From contig JAZDLE010000028.1 in assembly GCA_043802315.1 (NCBI GenBank), positions 1 to 42,628 on the forward strand: a DNA stretch of 42,628 nt, read 5' to 3'. The position numbers and the translations under genes were made by a program. Numbering within the stretch: position 1 is the first letter of the stretch; the number at the start of each line of letters is the position of its first letter. The notes under the pieces were generated by a model. That model made no database searches. It saw only the letters and a list, made by a program, of their open reading frames with translations, and was not told where the DNA came from. Positions 8,961 to 17,346 of the stretch are shown here, piece by piece. The DNA is from Nitrospirota bacterium. Lineage in GTDB: Bacteria > Nitrospirota > Thermodesulfovibrionia > Thermodesulfovibrionales > SM23-35.

Positions 8961-9722
8961 ATGAAAATAGCCTTAACTATAGCTGGCTCTGACCCTACGG
9001 GAGGTGCGGGGCTACAGGCAGATCTGAAGGTCTTCAGGGCCTTCGAGGTACTCGGGCTTTCTGTGGTTTCTGCCATTACGGCACAGAATACAGAAGGTGT
9101 TGATTCGCTTCTTCCCATTGAGAGGGATTTCCTCGAAAAACAACTCCATACCCTTTTATCTGATATGAGACCCGATGCAATAAAAATAGGGATGCTTTTC
9201 AGCAGTTGGGCTGTTGAACTTGTTGCTGAAATAATAAAGGAATATTCTTTGAGTAACCTCGTGATCGATCCCGTAACAGTCTCTTCATCCGGTATGCCTC
9301 TTGCCGAGAATGGCACCTTAGATGCTTTGAGAGAAATACTTTTTCCCCTTTCAAAGCTCATTACTCCCAATATCTACGAGGCATCCGTTCTGACAGGTGT
9401 CACAATTGAAAATAAGAAAAATATGGAAGAGGCTGCCAAGATTCTGAAGGATATGGGGCCTGAAGTCGTAGTCATTACTGGCGGACACCTCGAGGAGATA
9501 GCGCTTGATTTATATTACGATGGAGAGTTTCATGCTGTAGAGGGTGAAAAGATAAAAGGTGAATATCATGGTACAGGCTGTGCCTTTTCTGCAGCTATCA
9601 CGGCATCACTTGCCCTTGGCCATACTCCCCTCGAATCTGTCAGAAGGGCAAAGGAATTCATTAATAAGGCAATTAAAAAAGCCTATTATCCAGGGAAAGG
9701 AATGGGATTGCTTTATATATAA
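8961..9722 (+). CDS. thiD: Hydroxymethylpyrimidine/phosphomethylpyrimidine kinase
   Basis: LTIAGSDPTGGAGLQADLK, ITAQNT, ITPN, HGTGC. Confidence 0.96.
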   Translation: MKIALTIAGSDPTGGAGLQADLKVFRAFEVLGLSVVSAITAQNTEGVDSLLPIERDFLEKQLHTLLSDMRPDAIKIGMLFSSWAVELVAEIIKEYSLSNLVIDPVTVSSSGMPLAENGTLDALREILFPLSKLITPNIYEASVLTGVTIENKKNMEEAAKILKDMGPEVVVITGGHLEEIALDLYYDGEFHAVEGEKIKGEYHGTGCAFSAAITASLALGHTPLESVRRAKEFINKAIKKAYYPGKGMGLLYI

Positions 9723-9728
9723 TTGACT

Positions 9729-9939
9729 TACTAATAAGACCATAAGTAAGAACACATATTTTTACCCCCTCCCCTCAATCCCCTCCTCTTCTCGGCGAGT
9801 CGCCCGAGGCGACCATCAGGGAGTCCCGAAAGCTTTCGGGATCTCCCCTGGGGGGCGAGGTTTACCCGCGTCTGGCGGCGCCGAAGGCGACCAAGGGCAA
9901 GGGTGAGGGTGTGTGGTTTTACTTATGAACTCCTTAGTA
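9729..9939 (+). mobile_element. MITE-like cassette family F, copy F1
   Basis: Imperfect terminal inverted repeats TACTAATAAGACCATAAGTA / TACTTATGAACTCCTTAGTA enclosing GC-rich palindromic cargo. Confidence 0.7.
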
Positions 9940-9962
9940 TGTGAGTTATTGTCATTGCTATT

Positions 9963-10604
9963 ATGACTAAAAACATAACCATTTGTCTTTTTCTTTCAAT
10001 CCTTCTTCTCTCTCTTATAAATGGATGCGATAGGCCACAGGTAACGGGTGAGGAATTTGATGAGATTGATGTTTCTCAGGAACCCATGCAGATTCAATAT
10101 ACTTCCAATGAACCTATCATTAAAAAGAATGAAGACAGTGAGTTTACGATTACTCCTGTTGCAGAGTATGAGGTATCTGCGGTTATGGTAAGCAGGAAAC
10201 GTTATCACGATGGATGGCATGCAGAGGTTGCACCTGTTGATCTTGCCCTTGTCTGGGGGAAATTGGCAGAAACAGAATATGATAAATACATTACTTACAG
10301 CCAAAGTGACAGGTGGTACTTTTATGAGTACAAGGCAGGATGTCCGTTCAATAATTTCTCTGTAATACCTCATTCTGCAAACAACCATATTATTCCCGCT
10401 GACGAGAACATCTATAAGGCCATAAAAACTATCAAAAAGAAGCAAAAGGTTCTCCTTGAAGGCTTTTTAGTGAATGTGAAAGGGCGCTATAAAGGAGAAA
10501 ATTTCTTGTGGAATAGTAGCTTGAAACGAACGGATAGCGGTAACGGCTCATGCGAGCTTTTTTATGTCAAGAAGGTCAGAATTGGCACTAAGGTTTATGA
10601 ATAA
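9963..10604 (+). CDS. Hypothetical lipoprotein
   Basis: Signal peptide with lipobox-like LING-C; motifs PVDLALVWG, HSANNHIIPA, W.SS..R.D.G.GSCE look family-conserved. Confidence 0.75.
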   Translation: MTKNITICLFLSILLLSLINGCDRPQVTGEEFDEIDVSQEPMQIQYTSNEPIIKKNEDSEFTITPVAEYEVSAVMVSRKRYHDGWHAEVAPVDLALVWGKLAETEYDKYITYSQSDRWYFYEYKAGCPFNNFSVIPHSANNHIIPADENIYKAIKTIKKKQKVLLEGFLVNVKGRYKGENFLWNSSLKRTDSGNGSCELFYVKKVRIGTKVYE

Positions 10605-10608
10605 GGCA

Positions 10609-11868
10609 TCATCTATTCTTTCCCGGCAATGTAAAATGAAATGTTGCGCCCTCATTAACTTTCCCTTCTGCCCATACTCGCCCACCATGACGGTTGATAA
10701 TACGCTGGACAATTGAAAGTCCAACTCCTGTTCCTTCAAATTTCTTTACACCTGGTAGCTGATGAAAGATGGAAAATAATTCATGTGCATACTGAGGATA
10801 AAATCCTATACCATTGTCTTTTACATAAAAGATAGTTTCATTCTTTTCGATTCTATAGCCCACTTCTATCACCGCACTGTCTTTTGGAGTTGTGAATTTG
10901 ATGGCATTAGAAATGAGATTTATAAAAACCTGTTTAATTAATGCAGCGTCACCATACCCGGGCGGCAGTGCTTTTAAGTCAAATTTGATTATTCTCCCAT
11001 CTGACAGAGGTTTGAGTTCATCTAAGACAGTTGTCACAAGATTTCCCATATCGATCTCTGTTGGTTGTATCTGCTGGCGACCTAAACGGGAAAAAGAGAG
11101 GAGATCTTTAATGAGTCTCTCCATTTTTCGTGTATGCATGAGGATTGTGTTTAACATTTCAATTCCATTTGTATCGAGGTTATCAACATAGACTTTCAGA
11201 AACCTTCGGATGAATCCTCCAATTACAATAAGTGGTGTTTGAAGATCATGGGAGACAGAGTAGTTAAATGCATCCAATTCTTTATTAGCTTCTGTGAGTT
11301 CGAAAATATGCTGTCCAAGTTCTCTATTGAGCTTTTGGATTTCTTCCTCTGCTCGTTTGCGCTCAGTGATGTCCTCGATCAGACCGTCATAGCGGACAAG
11401 GCGCCCATCTCCATCATAGTAAGGCACCATGGTATCGCGAACCCAAACCACTTTGCCGTCACGGCGGATTATACGGTGCTCGATAGGAGGAACCTCATGA
11501 CCAGCCAAAATCTCTTTGATCGAGGTTTCGATCGTTATCCGATCATCAGGGTGTATCATTGAGTACCATAAATAAGGGTCGGCTTTATAATCCTCAGGAT
11601 TATATCCTGTGACTGGAATACATCCCATGCTATGCTTAGTAGCGATTGCGCGTCCTTCTCTGACTTCCACTGAGTAAGTATAGGCGGTAATTGCACCTAC
11701 CAAATTTTTGTAGCGCTCTTGGCTTTTCTGCAGTTTTATCGCCTGTTCTTTTATTTGCTCTTCTGCCTGTTTGCTCTCAGTTACTGATTTTTCTAGTTCC
11801 GAAACATATTGCTGCAATTCTATCAGTTCATTTATGTGTTGCTTTTTTGCCTTATTTTCGTCTTCCAT
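10609..11868 (-). CDS. PAS/PAC sensor histidine kinase (soluble, orphan)
   Basis: IHPDD...DITERKRAE (PAS/PAC), YSVSHDL (H-box), NLISNAIKF, DNGIG, GTGVGL. Confidence 0.9.
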   Translation of the reverse strand: MEDENKAKKQHINELIELQQYVSELEKSVTESKQAEEQIKEQAIKLQKSQERYKNLVGAITAYTYSVEVREGRAIATKHSMGCIPVTGYNPEDYKADPYLWYSMIHPDDRITIETSIKEILAGHEVPPIEHRIIRRDGKVVWVRDTMVPYYDGDGRLVRYDGLIEDITERKRAEEEIQKLNRELGQHIFELTEANKELDAFNYSVSHDLQTPLIVIGGFIRRFLKVYVDNLDTNGIEMLNTILMHTRKMERLIKDLLSFSRLGRQQIQPTEIDMGNLVTTVLDELKPLSDGRIIKFDLKALPPGYGDAALIKQVFINLISNAIKFTTPKDSAVIEVGYRIEKNETIFYVKDNGIGFYPQYAHELFSIFHQLPGVKKFEGTGVGLSIVQRIINRHGGRVWAEGKVNEGATFHFTLPGKNR

Positions 11869-12008
11869 CTTGTTATAGTTTCAAAACTGTTGATTACTAG
11901 TAGAAATATATAATATTTTAACAAACTTGGCTTAAAAATAAGAGCTTGGTCTAATACTCTAGAAAATCAGGGGTATAATCTTTTTAGATATTGTCTCAAT
12001 AGGACTGA

Positions 12009-13403
12009 TTAGCCAATGTCCAAGAGGTAGGGATCTCTGCGCTCTCCTAAAGAATTAAGATAGTCCCTGGCTTCATCAAGCGCTCTCTTGACAGCCCTCT
12101 TTCCGTATAACCCGATTGCTACATGGAAGAAATCAAAATGGGCGAGGTGCTTGAATATATATTTCCATGAATAAAATCGCCCCATTGCCTTGAGACTTTC
12201 AATATGGAGAGTCTGAGGGCTCATGAGGGAAGGTTCATAGACAATGTGATGGCCATCATATTTGCTCCAGTCAATGTGAAGGAGCCTGCCTGATTCTTTC
12301 ATCTCATAAAAGAATGGTGTGCCCGGCAGAGGGGTAAGCATCAAAAATTGTATTGTGTCAATACCATGGTTTATGGCAAAGTCAGTTGTTTTCTTGAGGG
12401 TATCTACTGTATCTGTATCAGCGCCAAATACAAACATCCCATGGATTTCTATCCCATGGTCTCTTACCATCTTGATGCAGTGGACGATCTCCTCAAGGTT
12501 CTGTTTTTTGTTGTATGCCTCAAGAGTCTTGGGGTTCACTGATTCAAAACCGATATGGACGGTATCACAGCCTGCATCTGCCATGAGGCGTAAAAGTTCT
12601 TCATCTTTTGCCACATCTGTCCTTACCTGCGCAGACCACTTAAAACTCATACGCTCAGCGATCATCGCACGGAGCAGCTCCTTTGTCCGCTCCTTGTTTG
12701 CAGTAAAATTGTCATCAACAAAAAACTTGTTACCCTTTGAGAAAGAATTAATGTGTTTTAATTCCCTTATCAGGGTTTCGACAGATTTAAACCGGTACTT
12801 TCTTCCAAACATCTGAATTACAGAGCAAAATGTACAGTTAAAGGGACATCCTCTTGATGTTGAAATGGGATAGATATTAGAGGGTTTCCACTGTTGAACA
12901 AGTTTAAAGTCAGGTAAAGGGAGTATATCAAGGTCTTCGATGAGAGGTCTCGGGGGATTATTGATAACACCGCTACCGTTGTTCCTATAACTGAGGCCAT
13001 TTATTGAAGTGACGTCCGGAGTCCCTTTCTCGAGATAACCAATGAGTTCGGGCAGCGTCTCATCACCCTCTCCTCGTACCACATAATCAGCGTGTTCCAT
13101 TGCTTCTTCTGGAAGGAAGGAGGGATGAGCACCTCCCATGACAACAGGGATTCTTTTTTTCCGGATCCTGTCGGCAATTCTATATGCCCTCCTCGAAGTA
13201 GAGGTAATGGTGGAGATACAGACAATATCAGAGTTTTCAATATAGGACCAATCAGGAGTGGCGATATCCTCAATGAAGGCTTTTACCTCGTAGCCCCGTT
13301 CTTTCAACATTGTGGAGAGCAGGACGGCACCAAGCCTCGGAATCGGAAACTTGCTAAAAATATTGGCACTGGGTGATTTTGCTTCAATGAATGAGATTCT
13401 CAT
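12009..13403 (-). CDS. B12-binding domain radical SAM protein
   Basis: GGAHPS and GEGD B12-binding motifs; SRGCPFNCTFC (CxxxCxxC); DDNF; TPLPGT. Confidence 0.9.
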   Translation of the reverse strand: MRISFIEAKSPSANIFSKFPIPRLGAVLLSTMLKERGYEVKAFIEDIATPDWSYIENSDIVCISTITSTSRRAYRIADRIRKKRIPVVMGGAHPSFLPEEAMEHADYVVRGEGDETLPELIGYLEKGTPDVTSINGLSYRNNGSGVINNPPRPLIEDLDILPLPDFKLVQQWKPSNIYPISTSRGCPFNCTFCSVIQMFGRKYRFKSVETLIRELKHINSFSKGNKFFVDDNFTANKERTKELLRAMIAERMSFKWSAQVRTDVAKDEELLRLMADAGCDTVHIGFESVNPKTLEAYNKKQNLEEIVHCIKMVRDHGIEIHGMFVFGADTDTVDTLKKTTDFAINHGIDTIQFLMLTPLPGTPFFYEMKESGRLLHIDWSKYDGHHIVYEPSLMSPQTLHIESLKAMGRFYSWKYIFKHLAHFDFFHVAIGLYGKRAVKRALDEARDYLNSLGERRDPYLLDIG

Positions 13404-13558
13404 GATTCTCCTTATTTATTAATCCAAAATATTATTAAGAGATACATCCTTTTTAGTGAGGAAGGGGAAAAATATCATATCTGGAAATATAGCATAATAG
13501 TGCATTTTTTAGAAAGTAATTATTACAACTCTAAGCATCTCTGTTTCCGTGATGAAGT

Positions 13559-13701
13559 TACTAAGACGGGCATAAGGCCGCACATATTATAAAATCTCCC
13601 CTCCCCCTCTTTGCCAAAGAGGGGATATTGCCTCCCTTTGGCAAAGGGAGGTTTGGAGGGATTTTCTCAACAATGGCGCCATACTTATGCACTTATTAGT
13701 A
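13559..13701 (-). mobile_element. MITE-like cassette family F, copy F2 (cargo: family G doublet)
   Basis: Ends TACTAAGACGGGCATAAG / CTTATGCACTTATTAGTA. The minus-strand left end TACTAATAAGTGCATAAGTA matches F1. Confidence 0.7.
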
Positions 13702-13727
13702 ACTTTCATTTTTAAACGGTAATAAAA

Positions 13728-14060
13728 GTCAGGATATAGTATTCCCGCTCTCCGCCTTAGGCGGACTCGGGCTATCGCCCTGAGAGGCTTTTGCCTCTTG
13801 ATGTTTATAGATATTCTATCTGGTCCTGAATCAAGTTCAGGATCGGCAAAAGAGACCGCTCAAATCGTCATGAGCCGTTGGCTCACAAAGGAACATCAAA
13901 ATATTTCACCCTCCCCTCTATCCCCTCCTCTCCTCGGCGAGTCGCCCGAGGCGACCATCAAGGGCGGGGAAACAAAAGGGGGACTTCATTACTTCCCTCT
14001 CCCCTTGTGGGAGAGGGTCAGGGTGAGGGGGTATTTTCGGGATAAATACTATATCCTGAC
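13728..14060 (+). repeat. Repeat family B, copy B3, interrupted by cassette A4 and two mini-hairpins
   Basis: Perfect 16-bp inverted repeat GTCAGGATATAGTATT (13728-13743) / AATACTATATCCTGAC (14045-14060); CTCGGGCTATCGCCCT and ATCGGCAAAAGA blocks shared with B1. Confidence 0.75.
13866..14043 (+). mobile_element. Cassette family A, copy A4 (nested in B3)
   Basis: CGTCATGAGCCGTTGGCTCACAAAGGAACATCAAAA ... TTTTCGGGAT, flanked by AAAT on both sides. Confidence 0.75.
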
Positions 14061-14187
14061 GTCACGGAATGGGAGACGCTTACTTACAGCTTTCACTAAT
14101 TTGACTTCTACCATATCGTTAAGGTATTTTCACATAGATTTTTCAACTCGCGGTGAGATACTTATAAAGGTAAAACGGTAACAAAGT

Positions 14188-15660
14188 ATGCAATCCTATC
14201 CAGAATATATTCCTGTAACCATAGACAAAAGCCACATAATCACTATAGGAGAGAGGATGTATGCCGAGAGTATCGAGTTTGTTAGAGAGCTTGTTAATAA
14301 TGCCTATGATGCTGATGCAACTCTAATTGAGGTTATTGTTGAAGAAGATACCATTGAGATAAGGGATAATGGCACTGGTATGGACATAGAGGGACTCAAA
14401 CAGTATTTTAATATCGGCTCACAACAAAAGCTCTATGCTCCAAAGTCTCCGATATACAACAGGGACAGGATCGGACAATTCGGCATAGGAAAGTTTGCAA
14501 GCCTTTCCGCGTGCGAGCGTTTTGAAGTCATTACGAAGAAGGATGACTTTGTTGGAAGGATAATCTTTGATAAAGAGCAGTGGGAAAAGACAGGAAATGT
14601 ATGGCAATTGCCTCTTGAGATTCTCCCTGCAGATTTCAGAAAACAGAACGGTACAACCGTCATATTATCGGGGTTGGACAGAAGGTTTGAACCAAAGGAC
14701 ATAGAGGCAAAAATAATCGAGGGGACGCCAATTAAGGCACCTCATTTCAGAGTGAGAATAAATAACCATACTGTCACCCCACGAAGTCTCACAGGCCACA
14801 GATTGCCCTTTCTTGAAGGAACTTCATTTGGCCCTGTGACAGGCGAGATAGTAATCCTTCCGGAGACTGCCTCTGTGGCTTCAGACCTTGGTATTGAGGT
14901 AAAGGTCAAACAGGTAACTATAAAAAGAGAACTCTTCGGTATGGAAACATGGGGAAAGGCAATGGCAAGGGTCAGGGGCGAGGTTAATGCTGACTTCCTT
15001 CCTATAACGAGCGATAGAACTGGTTTTATAAAGGATTCCGATGAATATCAAGAGTTCCTCAGGATTATGGGAAAGGTAATGGAGAGTGTGAAGATAGCTC
15101 TTCAGAAACTCACTGTCAAGAAAGAAACCAAAAAGGTAAGCCGTGCCCTTAAGGAGGCTCTCCAAAGGATATACAAGGCACTGGCAGTAAATCCTGATCT
15201 GTCACCTTTTGGTGCGATTCCCATTGGAGATGAGACAAGAGGCATAGGCAGCGCTGCTGAGATCTCTCAGAAAAAAGAAGGGGTTAGGGAATCAGAGGTC
15301 AAAGGAGAAGGAAAACTAAAAACATCTGAGAAAAAAAGAAAAAAGAGACCAAAGGTAAAGAGGCTTACTCCTAATGCCATTATAAAAAGGATAAAGTTTG
15401 GTGAAACGGGTGTCTCATGTGTTGTAGATAGCTTTGGAGAGGACGGGCATGAAGTCTTTTCTGAAGAGACAACCATTTATCTAAACCGTGACCATCCCCT
15501 CTATAAAAGAGAATCTGCAAAGGTTGACACCCATGTATTAAATCTCGCAAGGCTTATCACGCAGGAAATTTCCCTTATGAAAGATCCTCGAAACCCGAGG
15601 CAGGCTTTTGAGAGACAGAGCAAGCTCCTCAGGGATGCGTTTATTGAGAGAAGTGGTTGA
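14188..15660 (+). CDS. GHKL (HATPase_c_3, MORC/Hsp90-like) ATPase
   Basis: RELVNNAYDADA, DNGTGM, IGQFGIGKFA and GTTV motifs; S5-like segment GEVNADFL..TSDR; coiled coil and C-terminal IYLNRDHPLY. Confidence 0.85.
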   Translation: MQSYPEYIPVTIDKSHIITIGERMYAESIEFVRELVNNAYDADATLIEVIVEEDTIEIRDNGTGMDIEGLKQYFNIGSQQKLYAPKSPIYNRDRIGQFGIGKFASLSACERFEVITKKDDFVGRIIFDKEQWEKTGNVWQLPLEILPADFRKQNGTTVILSGLDRRFEPKDIEAKIIEGTPIKAPHFRVRINNHTVTPRSLTGHRLPFLEGTSFGPVTGEIVILPETASVASDLGIEVKVKQVTIKRELFGMETWGKAMARVRGEVNADFLPITSDRTGFIKDSDEYQEFLRIMGKVMESVKIALQKLTVKKETKKVSRALKEALQRIYKALAVNPDLSPFGAIPIGDETRGIGSAAEISQKKEGVRESEVKGEGKLKTSEKKRKKRPKVKRLTPNAIIKRIKFGETGVSCVVDSFGEDGHEVFSEETTIYLNRDHPLYKRESAKVDTHVLNLARLITQEISLMKDPRNPRQAFERQSKLLRDAFIERSG

Positions 15661-15810
15661 TGGTTTTGTCATAAAAGAATCCTAAAAGGTTTGGACTTTG
15701 ATCTCTTGCTCCAAAATAATTGTTGTTAATGCCCCCTGTATTGTCAAGAAATTTTCTCAAAACTTTGTGGGAGTACCATTTATGAGCTTTTTGCAAAAAA
15801 TCTATTTGGA

Positions 15811-15863
15811 TTAGTAATCCCCCTCCATCCCCTCTACGAGTCGTAGACCTTTAGAAAAGGGGA
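15811..15863. repeat. Family G palindrome with an inserted mini-hairpin
   Basis: TTAGTAATCCCCCTCCATCCCC[TCTACGAGTCGTAGA]CCTTTAGAAAAGGGGA. Confidence 0.65.
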
Positions 15864-15921
15864 ATATCTGGAATACCGATCCTTTCAATGGCGCGTTCGA
15901 AATTATATAGAAAAATTAACC

Positions 15922-16815
15922 TCACCATAAGGTTACAAATGCTTGAAGACCCTCTGTCTTTTTAATTTTCTCAGATAGATTCTCAGCCTTTTTCCTGTCG
16001 CTGAATTTGCCTATCCACACCGTATAGAGTTTTTCTTCCTTTTTTGATTTTGAGGTTATTACGTAGACATTGTATCCCTTTTTATTAAGCATTGACTTAA
16101 GGGACTTCGCATAAGAAAGATTCCTAAAGACACCTACCTGAACTGTAAATACGGCCCCTGAAGGTTTTTGAAGTCGTGGAAATTTCTTTTTTGTGCCTTT
16201 TTTGTCTTTTTGCATTTCTCTTGGAGGCACTATTTTTTTAGGGGGGGCTGGGGCTTGTTGGAACTGTTTCGCTGCTTCCTTTGCTTTTTCTGCTCCAACT
16301 TTCCCTATAGCATTCTTCTGTTCTTCTTTAACTGCCTTTTCAAACTGATAGCTTGTTTTTTTGCAGACAAGGTCATACAGTGTTTTGCTTATGGATTCTG
16401 GTAATATATATTTTCTTCTCGGTTCTGTTGGGGAGACACTACTAATTACATTACCATTTGAATCATACTTTGTTGCATACAGTATTCGATATTCCAGCCA
16501 AGTACAATTATATTCATGCAGACTTTTTACGTATTCTTCAGTCTCTATAGAAAATTTTTTTGCAGATGCCTTAGATTGTATTTTTACCAATGTCCTGCAA
16601 ATGTTTTCTCTACATGAAATTGAATTGGTATCAACTAACCATATATCACTCCCTATTTCACCTACATAGACCCAATTGTGTTCTTCTGCATGTGCAGGTA
16701 CACGAAAGAGCAGTAAGCAAAAGATAAAGATGTTGATTAATATTTCAACGGAAAAATTCTTTATCCATTCATCAATTAATGCTACTCGTTTTTTATTTTC
16801 ATCCTTTGTTAACAT
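15922..16815 (-). CDS. Exported protein with surface-adhesin-E-like N-terminal domain and C-terminal SPOR domain
   Basis: Hydrophobic segment ending AHA; W..VG...D..SI and E.NC...RIL....YDSNG pattern; FTVQVGVFRN...LYTVWIGKF (SPOR). Confidence 0.75.
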   Translation of the reverse strand: MLTKDENKKRVALIDEWIKNFSVEILINIFIFCLLLFRVPAHAEEHNWVYVGEIGSDIWLVDTNSISCRENICRTLVKIQSKASAKKFSIETEEYVKSLHEYNCTWLEYRILYATKYDSNGNVISSVSPTEPRRKYILPESISKTLYDLVCKKTSYQFEKAVKEEQKNAIGKVGAEKAKEAAKQFQQAPAPPKKIVPPREMQKDKKGTKKKFPRLQKPSGAVFTVQVGVFRNLSYAKSLKSMLNKKGYNVYVITSKSKKEEKLYTVWIGKFSDRKKAENLSEKIKKTEGLQAFVTLW

Positions 16816-17236
16816 AATTTATACATCAAATGTCTGCTCCGATAAGCCCATCACATTTCTTTAACATACATCATTTCTAGTATTATATCCTTTAAATTTA
16901 TCACATAGGAAGTCACTGATTGGTCACAGATTCGTAATAAAGGTAACTTATTGATTTATTTACTTAATTTACTGCACTTTCTATCCTATGATAGAAACCA
17001 ATGTTTTTAAATCTGGCACTACAAGGTGACATCGTTAGCTCTAAGAACTGGTCATAATGTTTCCAAGATACCACTTTCCCAATCAATAAGCATTCTATAG
17101 CAATCAAGACTAAAAACCTTGTATTTATTGCAGTCAGTCATATCGTTATTCTAACGAAGAACCGAATTGCTGAATGCTACCAGAATTTTCCCATTAAAGG
17201 CAGATATACTTCTGCTATAATTAAATCAAAGAAACA

Positions 17237-17337
17237 GGATTCAAGTGATCAAGGATTCCAGTGAAATGATAAAGGACTCAAAGAATTAAGGTTTTGCAGA
17301 GCCTTGAACCCTTGACCCCTTGAATCCTTGAACCCTT
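17237..17337. repeat. Inverted pair of 8-bp tandem arrays upstream of radA
   Basis: GGATTCAA GTGATCAA GGATTCCA (17237-17260) and CCTTGAAC CCTTGACC CCTTGAAT CCTTGAAC (17302-17333). Confidence 0.65.
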
Positions 17338-17346
17338 TTTTATGAT

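Noticed and set aside
8702-9370. 222-aa minus-strand ORF
   Set aside because: Antisense to thiD and running into cassette A3; no protein motifs.
12009-13403. Radical SAM gene as thiH
   Set aside because: It has an N-terminal B12-binding domain, lacks ThiH/BATS features and is on the opposite strand from the thi operon.
13798-14181. 127-aa ORF upstream of the GHKL ATPase as a partner gene
   Set aside because: Almost entirely the nested B3/A4 repeats read in frame (SPSPLSPP, PLPLWERVRVRG).
2885-15863. Repeats as a CRISPR array
   Set aside because: No regularly spaced direct repeats with unique spacers, and no cas genes.
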